DNA of 36,412 bases, taken from positions 16,624,075 to 16,660,486 of the forward strand of contig NC_068993.1 in the NCBI RefSeq assembly GCF_001194135.2, given 5' to 3'. Source of the DNA: Octopus bimaculoides. Lineage: Eukaryota. The notes below the pieces were generated by a model that worked only from the letters and a program-made list of their open reading frames with translations, ran no database searches and was not told where the DNA came from. Numbering within the stretch: the first letter of the stretch is position 1; every line of letters begins with the position of its first letter. The translations under genes and the position numbers were made by a program. Below, in pieces: positions 20,145 to 31,039 of the stretch.

Positions 20145-20276
20145 TCTCGGAGTAGTTGGCATTAGGAAGGGCATCTACCTGCAGAAACGATGCCAGCTCA
20201 CCAGTTCAAGTCAAATAGTCTAACCCATGTCAGCATGAAAAGCAGACGTTAAATGATGATGATGATGATGATGATA
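20145..20276 (+). mobile_element. Family B1 3' fragment
   Basis: CACTCTCGGAGTAGTTGGCATTAGGAAGGGCATC...GCATGAAAAGCAGACGTTAAA(TGA)n. Confidence 0.85.
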
Positions 20277-20292
20277 TCATTATATCAATAGT

Positions 20293-20565
20293 GGTGAGGA
20301 TACATGGCCTAGTGGCTAGGGTGTTGTACTCACGATTGTGAGATCATGGTTTCAATTCCTGGATCAGGTAGTGCATTGTGTTCTTGAGCAAAACACTTCA
20401 TTTCACATTGTTCTGTGATCACTTCAACACCTGATGAATTGAAACACCCATACACCTGTTCAGGCAACATTGATTTGAGGTGGGGGGGGGGGAAGAGAGA
20501 ATGAGCTAATGTATGGCACATATGTTGGATCACTATAAACAAATCATTTGTGCAGTTTGTTCAGA
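20293..20565 (+). mobile_element. tRNA-derived CORE-like SINE (family E)
   Basis: A-box TGGCCTAGTGG, B-box GGTTTCAATTCC, then TTGTGTTCTTGAGCAAAACACTTCATTTCACATTG (CORE-like). Confidence 0.65.
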
Positions 20566-20722
20566 TGAAGCTGAACACTTACACGTTCTCTTCGATTGGA
20601 GAATCCATCATATCAATAAATATATCCACTTTATGCATTGAATGCATTGCTTCACATAGTGGGTCTTCCCTTTTTCACATAATGGGAATATACATCTATG
20701 TATATATATATATATATATATA

Positions 20723-21350
20723 NNNNNNNNNNNNNNNNNNNNNNNNNNNNNNNNNNNNNNNNNNNNNNNNNNNNNNNNNNNNNNNNNNNNNNNNNNNNNN
20801 NNNNNNNNNNNNNNNNNNNNNNNNNNNNNNNNNNNNNNNNNNNNNNNNNNNNNNNNNNNNNNNNNNNNNNNNNNNNNNNNNNNNNNNNNNNNNNNNNNNN
20901 NNNNNNNNNNNNNNNNNNNNNNNNNNNNNNNNNNNNNNNNNNNNNNNNNNNNNNNNNNNNNNNNNNNNNNNNNNNNNNNNNNNNNNNNNNNNNNNNNNNN
21001 NNNNNNNNNNNNNNNNNNNNNNNNNNNNNNNNNNNNNNNNNNNNNNNNNNNNNNNNNNNNNNNNNNNNNNNNNNNNNNNNNNNNNNNNNNNNNNNNNNNN
21101 NNNNNNNNNNNNNNNNNNNNNNNNNNNNNNNNNNNNNNNNNNNNNNNNNNNNNNNNNNNNNNNNNNNNNNNNNNNNNNNNNNNNNNNNNNNNNNNNNNNN
21201 NNNNNNNNNNNNNNNNNNNNNNNNNNNNNNNNNNNNNNNNNNNNNNNNNNNNNNNNNNNNNNNNNNNNNNNNNNNNNNNNNNNNNNNNNNNNNNNNNNNN
21301 NNNNNNNNNNNNNNNNNNNNNNNNNNNNNNNNNNNNNNNNNNNNNNNNNN
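20723..21350. other. Assembly gap flanked by (TA)n
   Basis: N run. Confidence 1.
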
Positions 21351-21363
21351 ATATACATCTATG

Positions 21364-21410
<47 letters not shown>

Positions 21411-21514
21411 ACCAGAGTAAGCACATAAATGCGAAACAAAGTGGAAAAAAAATAGTACTCGAATACCAGACATAGAGTAATATGCTTTATTAAAAAGCAG
21501 CAAAATTATCACAA

Positions 21515-21554
21515 AAACTGTTACTCAGTCTCACGTTCCCGTTCGTCGGATAGC
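21515..21554 (-). ncRNA. Minimal type-I hammerhead-like motif, copy 1 (degenerate in GAA/helix III)
   Basis: Minus: GCTAT-CCGACGA-ACG(GGAA)CGT-GAG-ACT..GAGT-A-ACAGTTT. Confidence 0.5.
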
Positions 21555-21564
21555 TTTGTTTTGA

Positions 21565-21608
21565 AAACTGTCCAACAAATAGGAATATGAAACTCTGAGT
21601 AACAGTTT
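21565..21608 (+). ncRNA. Minimal type-I hammerhead-like motif, copy 2 (core decayed, helices intact)
   Basis: AAACTGT-CCAACAA-ATA(GGAA)TAT-GAA-ACTC(T)GAGT-A-ACAGTTT: perfect 7-bp helix I, GUA triplet. Confidence 0.55.
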
Positions 21609-21628
21609 GTGTGGTATTTTTGTTGCTT

Positions 21629-21823
21629 TGGCCTTCGTGCCGGTGGCACATAAAAGCACCCACTACACTCTCGGAGTGGTTGGCGTTAGGAAGGGCATCC
21701 AGCTGTAGAAACTCTGCCAAATCAGATTGGAGCCTAGTGTAGCCATCTAGTTCACCAGTCCTCAGTCAAATCATCCAACCCATGCTAGCATGGAAAGCAG
21801 ATGTTAAACGATGATGATGATGA
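21629..21823 (+). mobile_element. Family B1 copy (young)
   Basis: GGCCTTCGTGCCGGTGGCACATAAAAGCACCC...GTTAAACGATGATGATGATGAT. Confidence 0.92.
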
Positions 21824-21841
21824 TATATATATATATATATA

Positions 21842-22070
21842 NNNNNNNNNNNNNNNNNNNNNNNNNNNNNNNNNNNNNNNNNNNNNNNNNNNNNNNNNNN
21901 NNNNNNNNNNNNNNNNNNNNNNNNNNNNNNNNNNNNNNNNNNNNNNNNNNNNNNNNNNNNNNNNNNNNNNNNNNNNNNNNNNNNNNNNNNNNNNNNNNNN
22001 NNNNNNNNNNNNNNNNNNNNNNNNNNNNNNNNNNNNNNNNNNNNNNNNNNNNNNNNNNNNNNNNNNNNNN
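21842..22070. other. Assembly gap
   Basis: N run. Confidence 1.
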
Positions 22071-22428
22071 AGCCATGCTAGAGTACTGCCTTCAAGGATT
22101 TAGTGAAACAAATCAATCCCAGTAGTTAATTTTTTTTAAGACTGGTACTTATTCCATCAGTTTTTCTTTGCTGAACTGTTAAGTTATAGAAGCATAAACA
22201 AACCAATACCAATTATCAACTGGTGGTGGGGGATAAACACACACACACACACACACACACAAATGTATATGACGAGCTTCTTTCAGTTTCTGTTTGCCAA
22301 ACCCACTCACAAGTCTTTAGTTGGCTCAGGGCTATAATGGAAAACACTTGCACAAAATGTCATGGAGTGGGACTGAACCCAGAATCTATGTAGTCAGGAA
22401 GCAGACTTTTTACTTTACAGCCATGTCT
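22071..22428 (-). mobile_element. SINE family A (tail end lost in gap)
   Basis: AGCCATGCTAGAGTACTGCC...(CA)n...GCTTCTTTCAGTTTC...GGGACTGAACCC...CAGCCATG. Confidence 0.85.
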
Positions 22429-23074
22429 CTGCCTATATATGTGTGTATGTATTCTGCTTTGGCATTGTGAGACTTATAAGCTGGTGTAGAACTCAATATA
22501 TGTATGCTTCAGAACAAAGTGTTAGATAAGTATAGAGCAGTAATAAGAAAATGAGACAACAAAGGAAAAAACTTATGTTATGAACCTCATTAGTTTACAG
22601 CAGTTTCTGCTATAAGCTGCAGTGAACTTAGTTGAGTGCCTGAATAACATCCTATAGCTTCATTGGAGCCTCGAACGTGAAGTGCATTTTATTTGGGAAA
22701 AAGAATTACATTTGTGCAATATATATATATAGGAAAAGGTATTACCAGTGAGATAGTCAGTACTGATAGATATAAAAAGTATGTATCCAAAAAGTGTATA
22801 GAGATTTAATAGTAGAAATAGATGCATATATACCTGTATGCACACACTCAAAAACTCATGCAGACAGATACACACACACACACACAGATACACACACACA
22901 ATCTTGAATTAATTCTTTAGAATATTCAGTATTTTGCTATATAAATTAATTCAATGTTTGAATACTTTTTCATTTCATCAGCTCTTTTGCATGAAACTCT
23001 AGCCCTTGAGTCATTCTTGTAGCTTCTCAATAAAAATTATACATGTATACACACACACACACACATGTACAGCA

Positions 23075-23222
23075 GTGGGTGTAGCAGAGGGGTTAAGAAG
23101 TTCACTATGCAACCACATGGCCTTAGGTTCAACCCCATGAGTAAGTGTCTTGTATGATAGCCTTGGATCAACAAAAAGCCTAATAAGTGGATTTGGGAGA
23201 TGGAAACTGAAAGAAGCCCATC
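23075..23222 (+). mobile_element. SINE A head
   Basis: GGTTAAGAAG...CAACCACATGG...GGTTCAAACC...GTGGATTTGGGAGATGGAAACTGAAAGAAGCCC. Confidence 0.75.
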
Positions 23223-24289
23223 ATATGTTAGATTTCAAACTCTACTGGTAAATAACAAATGAACAAGGTTTGTCTACTATAAACAAGGCAGTTAGACATG
23301 CCAACAACATTCTACAGTATTGGTGAAGGATTTGGGGACTTCATTGCACCAAGGGACTCGTAAGTTAATACAAAAAGACCTAAATAGTAAACTATAAAAC
23401 TAAAACCTAGCTGTATTTCCAGTACATGTTAAAAAGGAAATATAGTGCAACATTTTAAAGTTTTTATAAAATATTCTTGGTCTTTTGAATATTTGTGGGT
23501 TTGATGTTTGTTGTATAAGATTGTCTCCACCCTACTGACAGTATGTGAATAAACATCCCTAAATACCCATATACACACACATCTAAATTCTCTTTTCGTT
23601 TCCATTCCCCCTCCTCTCTTTATTTATTTATTTATTTATTGAAGTTGTTTTTGTGTCTTAGTTATTTTAGAGATTACCAAGTTCATATCTTTTGAAAACA
23701 ATGTTGGGGTTACATTTGGTTCTTGAAGATTAAACTTGTATTTGCAGAAACAGCAGCAGCCAGGGCTAACCAGAGCTACTGCCATAGAAACTATTATTAT
23801 GTGTATTGTTCAATATGAGATAATGGGACACGGAGAGAAAGAAAGAGGGAGAGAAAGGGAGAGAGAGAGAATGCAATTGTGAAGAACAATACCTTATAAT
23901 AGAGCTGAAGTGCTTTGGACAAAACCTGAGCGTGGGTTGGATAGAATTCAGATGTTTTAAGCAGTTAGCCAGTTTGATTCAGATAAAATGGAAATAATTT
24001 AGGGAGGAAAAAAAAAACTGGATTAATTTGGGATAGAACTGAAGTGATTTCAACAAAACCCACTCCAATTATTACAATCAAACTGGTTTTGAAATAATTC
24101 TGTTCTAAAGAACAATGACCCTTTGAGGTAACCAAAAAAATGTGTGATTTCTTAATTGTGTATGTATGTGTGTGAGTGTGTGTGCATGCATATCTCTTCC
24201 TCTCTCTCTCTCTCTCTCTCTCTCTCCTTCTAAGATGGAAGTTATAATATTAAATAATATTTCACACATGTTTTGGTATTGTTGTAGCT

Positions 24290-24605
24290 GTGACAATTCT
24301 GTATTCTTTTCTGATATGTATCCAGTATATCATCATCCATTTCAAAATGGTTATATGGAGTTTGATGAAGATTTGGCTACTATTTCTAGTAGGATATATG
24401 ACCTCATAAAGGCTTTCTCATTTATTTGCATTATTGTTGTTATGATGTTTAACCACCAGCCCTATGATTAGGAATAGTCCAGTTATGACCATCTCATCTT
24501 TTTGGTATATCCAGAACATTAATCCCATTACCTTTGTTTTTTGGTTTTCTAAATGGTAAGGGATGATCTCAGGGAGATCTAGCTGCAATTTCTGACAGCT
24601 CAAGT
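24290..24605 (-). mobile_element. Two adjacent family F fragments
   Basis: GATTTGGCTACTATTTCTAGTAGG (~24370-24393) and GGAGATCTAGCTGCAATTTCTGACAG (~24573-24598). Confidence 0.55.
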
Positions 24606-24640
24606 GACTGCTTATTTACCATTTGTGTAAGTGGAGTACA

Positions 24641-25028
24641 GTGGAGGCGCAATGGCCCAGTGGTTAGGGCAGCGGACATGCGGTCATAGGATCGCGGTTT
24701 CGATTCCCAAACCCAGCATTGTGAGTGTTTATTGAGCGAAAACACCTAAAGCTCCATGAGGCTCCGGCAGGGGATGGTGGCGAACCCTGTTGTACTCTTT
24801 CACCACAACTTTCTCTCACTCTTACTTCCTGTTTCTGTTGTGCCTGTAATTCAAAGGGTCAGCCTTGTCACACTGTGTCACGCTGAATATCCTCGAGAAC
24901 TACGTTAAGGGTACACGTGTCTGTGGAGTGCTCAGCCACTTTCACGTTAATTTCACGAGCAGGTTGTTCCGTTGATCAGATCGACTGGAACCCTCGACGT
25001 CGTAAGCGACGGAGTGCCAACAACAACA
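24641..25028 (+). mobile_element. SINE family C, full length
   Basis: GTGGAGGCGCAATGGCCCAGTGGTTAGGGC...GGTTTCGATTCC...GGAGTGCCAACAACAAC; perfect 12-bp TSD AAGTGGAGTACA (24629-24640 / 25029-25040). Confidence 0.95.
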
Positions 25029-25092
25029 AAGTGGAGTACAAAATTGTCAATTGTGTGGAACATATGGATGTAAAAAGGATGATAATGAAAAT

Positions 25093-25122
25093 NNNNNNNN
25101 NNNNNNNNNNNNNNNNNNNNNN
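25093..25122. other. Assembly gap followed by (CA)n (25123-25182)
   Basis: N run. Confidence 1.
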
Positions 25123-25185
<63 letters not shown>

Positions 25186-25587
25186 GGAATTTGTTTATTT
25201 TTGTGTGAAAGACAATGTCAATGTGAATGCCTCTGTTTAAATGTTTTATCCTTTCTACTTAGTTACCTGTACACCACTTTTAAAATGATTCATTCAATCT
25301 CTTCCAACTTGAGTTCATTTTACATCTTTGTTGAAAAATTAATCAGCTTATAGTACTTTAGTTGATAATCTGGCTGTATTAAGATAAATAGATTACAGCT
25401 TAATCTTCCTTCTGTCCACCACATAAATATATAAACTCTGATGGTGATTCATTAATTAACAGAGAATATCTCCACTTTCTGTTTATAGCAGTAAGCATTC
25501 CCTTGTTTAACATTACTTTTGTCTGACTGATGGCATCTTTGCGAATAACTTGTAAATTTTTTTTTCTTTTCTAGTTTTATGATATTA

Positions 25588-25830
25588 TCTTTTATCTTTC
25601 ATCTACATGTTTCACTCATTAGACTGCAGTCATGCTGGGGCACCACCATGAAGAATTTTATTAGCTGAATGAATCCAAACCTTTTTTTAAAGCCTGGTAC
25701 TTATTCTATCAGTCTCTTTTGCCAAACAGCTAATTTACAGGGACATAAAAAACACCAACACCGGTTGTCAAGTGGTGAAGTGGGTACAAAAACACAGACA
25801 CATATATACACATATATATTCATATACACA
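25588..25830 (-). mobile_element. SINE A tail and body
   Basis: TCTTTTATCTTTC...TTAGACTGCAGTCATGCTGGGGCACC...CCGGTTGTCAAG. Confidence 0.8.
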
Positions 25831-25884
25831 GACATGCCGGAAGTAAATAATTACCTTTAAGTAAATAAAAACCTTTAATTTTCA

Positions 25885-26070
25885 AAATCTTGACAACTGA
25901 TGTTATGTCCCCATAACTTAGTGGTTTGGCGAAAGAGACCAATAGAATAAGTACTAGGATTATAAAGAATAAGTCCTGGGGTCAAATTTTTCAACCAGAA
26001 AACCCTATAAAGCAGTGCTCCAGCATGGCTACAGTCAAATGACTGAAACAAGTAGAAGAATAAAAGAATA
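25885..26070 (+). mobile_element. SINE A body and tail
   Basis: CTTGACAAC...AATAAGTCCTGGGGTC...CCAGCATGGCTACAGTCAAATGACTGAAACAAGTAGAAGAATAAAAGA. Confidence 0.85.
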
Positions 26071-26569
26071 CACTGCCTAAAAATCAAATAGGATGGTCAT
26101 AGCTGGAAGCCTTTTAGACATAGGTCTGATTAATTAGGGCTGATCTGTAACTTAACTTAGGTTTCTCTAAGGAGTTTTATCAGAAAGTAGAGGGTGGCTT
26201 TTGGGTCCCTTTTCTTTCTCTGAATGTTAGTCTTCAATATATGCAAATATTTTTTCAGAGGTACTTGAAAATTCCAAGACTTGGTTATGATGTGGTCCTT
26301 GTACTCCCTCTCAGGCCCTTACTGAGAAACAATATTACCATTGTGTTTGAGTTGATCAAGGAACAATACTATTTTATACTACTTTACTGTTGTCAACTGG
26401 TCAACATAATCTTTGTTGTTCAGCCATATATTGACCAGAATTTGTGTAAAGTACTGTTTCTTTGGCTAATTTCTAAGTTCTTGACTAATATTTTCCCTGC
26501 TCTAAGTTTATTTAAAGAGTGGCAGTTTGAGAAGCACTCAACAACTATGATGGCAAGCCAACGAGAGAG

Positions 26570-26795
26570 CTTGAACCATTGAGATTGTCTTATGTAAGGT
26601 TGCTTTACCTGCAAGAAATAACAAACAACAGCCAAATCTCTCTAAAATCACACCCTACCATTTTAAAAATAAACACACGCACACACATTTAGTAATGTAG
26701 CCTGAAGTTTATAATTGCTGATGAAATGATGATGACTTGAATGATTTTATTCTAAAGTGTCTGATCAGGACAGACATGGGGCTAAAATAACAATG
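26570..26795 (+). mobile_element. Family F copy
   Basis: CAGCCAAATCTCTCTAAAATCACACCCTACC...GACATGGGGCTAAAATAAC. Confidence 0.65.
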
Positions 26796-27019
26796 ACTTA
26801 ATGTCTGTCTGATATTGAAATTATTCCTACCACAACTAAAGATAGTTCCTTATAATCTAAACAATGTGATTTTCAAGAATTTATTTTGAATAATAAACCC
26901 CAACCAGCATACTTACCTTTCATTGTTTTCTTTTTAAAAATTAATATTTGATTTTTTTTTTATATTTTTCTTTTAATTCTTAGATTTACTTTACTTAATC
27001 ATTTCATTGATTTAACTGA

Positions 27020-27225
27020 GTCAACAAGATGGTTATTCAGCATTCTGGAAATAGCAACCAAATCACCCTTGAATTAAACCCAACCATCTTAAGTAAGGAA
27101 AGACATATAGGAAATGATTAATTATTGCACCAAAGACATAAAAGTCCATGAGCAGTATTGAAAATATAATAATAATTTCATGATCCACTCAGTCAGAGTT
27201 GAACTTGGAACCAGACAACAACCAA
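27020..27225 (+). mobile_element. Family F copy
   Basis: GGAAATAGCAACCAAATCACCCTTG...CTCAGTCAGAGTTGAACTTGGAACCAGACAACAACC. Confidence 0.6.
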
Positions 27226-27299
27226 CTAGGTTTTGGTTTATGTCAGAAATTATCATTTGCGATATATTTGCTATACAAAACATCCATTTCTCATCATCA

Positions 27300-27510
27300 A
27301 TTATTGTTTAGTTTCTGATGATCAGTCTCCTATGTCAGAACTATTCTAAGTCATTCCAACAGTGGCCATCAAGTTTATTTTTCAAACATAGCATTTCTAG
27401 GTCTACATTATCCCATATGTTTTTTCTTCTTTTACAGATTGTAGGATATATTTTGAGGGACATTTGGCTGCTACTCCTTGCAGATTAGGTATCTACACAG
27501 AAGCTCCCTT
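27300..27510 (-). mobile_element. Family F copy
   Basis: TTGTTTAG...CTACATTATCCC...TTTTGAGGGACATTTGGCTGCT...ACAGAAGCTCCC. Confidence 0.6.
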
Positions 27511-27869
27511 CATTAATTTTTCAGCATGTTAGTTGTTCAGGGTGTTCTTTTAACCTAAGATAATCTCTAATCCAACACTTCTAAAATCAAAGGTGCTTTA
27601 GTGGTGACTACCCCATCTTTCTTTTTTTATATTCAGGACTACATTTACTAATTTTCTTTCCATTTTACAATGATAGGGTATAGATTTGACCACTGTTTTT
27701 AACCAGTCGATGCTTGCATATAGGTATTCATCACACCTGCACCATCATCATTCCATCTATCCCTAGATGTGTTATTATATTATATCAAAGTCATCAGTTT
27801 TAAACTTGCATCCCAGAGAATTTAAAAAGAAACACTTCATAGGATACAGATAGACAAATAGTTAAACAG

Positions 27870-28065
27870 ATAGAACATTGAGGGAACCTCTACACATTTC
27901 CACATGGTTGCTCCACATGCTAGAAATAACAGCCATATCCCTCAAATTGTATCAGGAAGGAGATTACATTTAGACAATATAGCCCTAGATATAAATAAAA
28001 AATGGGATTGTCATATCTAGAACACTTTTGATTGTAAGTTCTGGATTTAACAACACCATCAGCAA
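27870..28065 (+). mobile_element. Family F copy
   Basis: GAACCTCTAC...TGGTTGCTC...ATGCTAGAAATAACAGCC...CCCTCAAAT...GGATTTAACAACACC. Confidence 0.6.
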
Positions 28066-28465
28066 CATCTAGTCATCTACCTTGTAATTATTGCTACATT
28101 CTCAATCTGCTCATGTCTTTGGTGCAATAATTAACCATCTTCCAAGTGCATTTCACCTGTAATATACAGCATATATTATCAAATTACTTTTAAAAATAAT
28201 CAAGAATTCGGAGTGAATTAACAAGCTAAACTTTGTCATTTCTAATTAATTATGAAACTAATGTTTGGAATGTAACTCTTAACAAAACACATTCTTACAC
28301 AAAATTATGACGAAAGGTTTTAATTTAGATACAAGCATTTTAAAATAGGTGGTTTTTATATTTAAAAAATATATTAGAGGCAAATTGAAGCAGGTTAGTA
28401 TCAAAAGGATTGACGCATATAGATACCTGCAGCATTTTTACCAAACATCTTGAATATTGCTGGTA

Positions 28466-29150
28466 CATCATCATCATCATCATTTAATGTAGTGGTTCTC
28501 AGCTGGAGTCCAAATGACCCCTGAGGGTCCATATAAGATTCTGGGGTGTCCACACAATAAAATAGTAAATTGGGGATCCACAATAGTATCTTAAGGGTCC
28601 CTGAAAAGATTTTGTTTTAGATGTATCTATTGGTATATATTTCAAGAAACAACTAAGTTTCTTTCTCTAACATTTTACATAGTTCAACTTACACAAGTTA
28701 ATGCGTGAAACTAAACAAGAATTTTGAAAGAAGGTTCTATAAAACTTGTTTTTAAACATCAAATGGCTATGGAGTTCTACCAGAATAAAATAGTAATCAA
28801 AGGGGTCCATAGACAAAAAATGATTGAGAACCCCTGATTTAATGTCTGTTGACTATGTTGGCATGGATTGGATAGGTTGATAGGATCCAATAGGTTCCAG
28901 AGCTAGCTGCATTAAGCTCCAGTGTCAGCCTTGGCATGGTTTCTACAGCTGGATGCCCTTCCTAACACCGATCACTTCACAGTGTATACTTGGTGCCTTT
29001 TTTTTTTTTTGTGCCACCAGCACCAGTGAAGTTACCAAGTAACTTACAGGACAAAATAAGGAAAGAAAAAAGCTCCTTTGACTGAATGAGAGTGTATTTC
29101 AGAGAGAGAGAGAGAAGTGGCTTTGTGCTAAAGTGTGATAGAGGGACTTA
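28466..29150 (-). mobile_element. Family B2 copy with 5' extension, interrupted by a hAT MITE
   Basis: (CAT)n ATTTAATG [MITE] ATTTAATGTCTG...TTGGCATGGTTTCTACAGCTGGATGCCCTTCC...GTTACCAAGTAACTTACAGGAC. Confidence 0.8.
28490..28836. mobile_element. hAT (Charlie/MER5-like TIR) MITE
   Basis: TIR TAGTGGTTCTCAG / revcomp CAGGGGTTCTCAA; perfect 8-bp TSD ATTTAATG (28482-28489 / 28837-28844). Confidence 0.88.
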
Positions 29151-29429
29151 CTGTATAAATAGTAGATTTTAGTGTCACAACTCCACTTGTTACATGAAAT
29201 TTAATTATATTGAAAGGGTCTGTGGTAGTAATAGGAATAATGGGTTGGTAATGTTATGTTCAAAATATAATAGCAACAAAGTGTCATTCAAACTCTGTTT
29301 GTTTCTCTGTGTGTTTATGTGATACATGTGAGCTATCTAGCACAGTCAGTTCTGAAATAGATGTCTATGCAGTCAGATCTTCAACAAATAGCTGCAAAAT
29401 CACTCTAACACAACACCCTAATCATCATC

Positions 29430-29640
29430 TTCATCTTCACCACCATCATCATTTTATATCTGCTTTTCCATGCTAGTATGGGTTTAGATAGGTTACCACT
29501 GCCTGAGTCAGTTCTCAGTCCATTACTATCCTTGTAGAGGGGTCCTTGTACATTTCATTCTTGGTTTGGTTTCCTCACACCAACCACTTTACAGAGTGTA
29601 CTAGTTTCATTTTTATCACACCACTGGCATTACAGAGGTT
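29430..29640 (-). mobile_element. Family B2 copy (degenerate)
   Basis: CATCATCATTTT...TTTCCATGCTAGTATGGG...CCAACCACTTTACAGAGTGTACT. Confidence 0.65.
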
Positions 29641-30229
29641 GTCTTTGTATTATCATTGTTTTATTGTTGTAGTGTTACCTACATTCTACATGATGTCATG
29701 TGATTTAACCTGATGTTCATGGGATGTACACCATTTAACACAGCTGCCTTTTCTAAGTTGAAAAGTGTTTTTTTCTTTTTGTCTCTTTGGTATATTTTTT
29801 GCCTGCAGCCACAGTTTTACTCGGCTATTCAGTTGCTTAAGGTCAATAGCAGTAAAGGACTCTGTGCGACTACTGCTTTACTTCAATAAACACTTTGCTG
29901 TAAGACTACATTAATGAATTTTAACAAGGCTCTGTGTCCAGGATTATAAATGCAATCTATTTAGCAATGGTAATTTATTCTCATTACTGGCAACGTCAAT
30001 AGGATTTGGTGAATTAATACTGTCTGATCTTGAACTGACTGAAGCTTGGTTAAGATGCCTTTCAACTAGTGCTAGGACAAAGCTCAATGATTTTACTGGT
30101 AAAGAAATAACTGATCTCTTTATCTCTAAAGCAGGAATTGAGAATATTAAAGACTTTGTAATGGTGTACCCTTAAATATTGTAGATGAACTTTGCAAACA
30201 TAAAAATGACTATAATGGTCTCAATAAGA

Positions 30230-30780
30230 CCAAAGAAAAAGCTGGTTATTGCTGAAATATTTTCATCTTAATAAAAATTATCAAGCTCCTTGCATAGTTC
30301 AGACAATTGTCAAAGCTTCTCTTTCTTTGCAGAGTTTATCTGGAGCTGAAAGAATGGTTTCTTTTAACTTTAGATAGATATTGTGAAAAGCATAGAAATG
30401 CATACCATTCTGAGACAGTACACCAGATATTGAATGTTGACTAGCATCTGTAATAGCTGCAACCTCTTTTGTATCAAATATCTATAAAATTGATGGTTTA
30501 ACCAAATTTTTCTTTAATGTTCGAAACAGATCAATGTTTCCTTCTTCTTTAAAATCTTGCGCTTTTTTTCATGCATTTCAAAACCTACACACTTTTTCAG
30601 AGAATGCCGGAATAAATCGACCAGAAAAATTAGTTGTTCCTAAAATTTACTCCAATTCTTTCATACTTTCTGAGAATTTTACACCTAATATCTTCTTCAC
30701 TCACATATCATCTGATTGAATATCATGTTTGGGGATCTTATAGCTTTGGAAGGTCAACTCCTCGGCACAAAAAACAATTT
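30230..30780 (-). pseudogene. gypsy pol relic: RT C-terminus/connection and RNase H
   Basis: IVFCAEELTFQSYKI...KELE*ILGTTNFSGRFIPAFSEK...FDTKEVAAITDASQHSISGVLSQNG...EREALTIV (GRFIP 30608-30622, TDAS 30440-30451, EREAL 30311-30325). Confidence 0.85.
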
Positions 30781-31039
30781 TATTTTCAGTAATAACCATA
30801 TCATATGGGGGGAGGGGGAATCTGTCCAAAATTGTGTAGGAAGTTGTCATCATCATCATTTAATATCTAGATCCATAATATGCAAATTTAGTGTAATTTT
30901 TTGTTTTTAGTTTTATTTCAGCTTTATATCCTTTTAAGCACTTATAGATGAATTATGTTTGATGAATGTGATGTATCATTACATCTCAACAGATCCATTT
31001 TATTAAGGATCATGTTTCTTTTAACAATCATCAAGAATT

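Larger units (their letters stand above)
21411..21629. mobile_element. Penelope-like/retrozyme-like terminal repeat in inverted arrangement
   Basis: About 60-bp inverted arms 21494-21554 / 21565-21629, each carrying a hammerhead-like motif; AATAAA downstream on minus (21487-21492); ends in a (TG)n/(TA)n tract. Confidence 0.55.

Noticed and set aside
23290-23365. Frame MPTTFYSIGEGFGDFIAPRD ending at a GTAAGT donor
   Set aside because: No pyrimidine tract upstream, short and unrecognised; insufficient support.
24641-24715. tRNA genes at SINE heads (also 2515-2587, 20293-20365, 36238-36300)
   Set aside because: A/B boxes are present but I could not fold a proper cloverleaf, and each continues into a SINE body.
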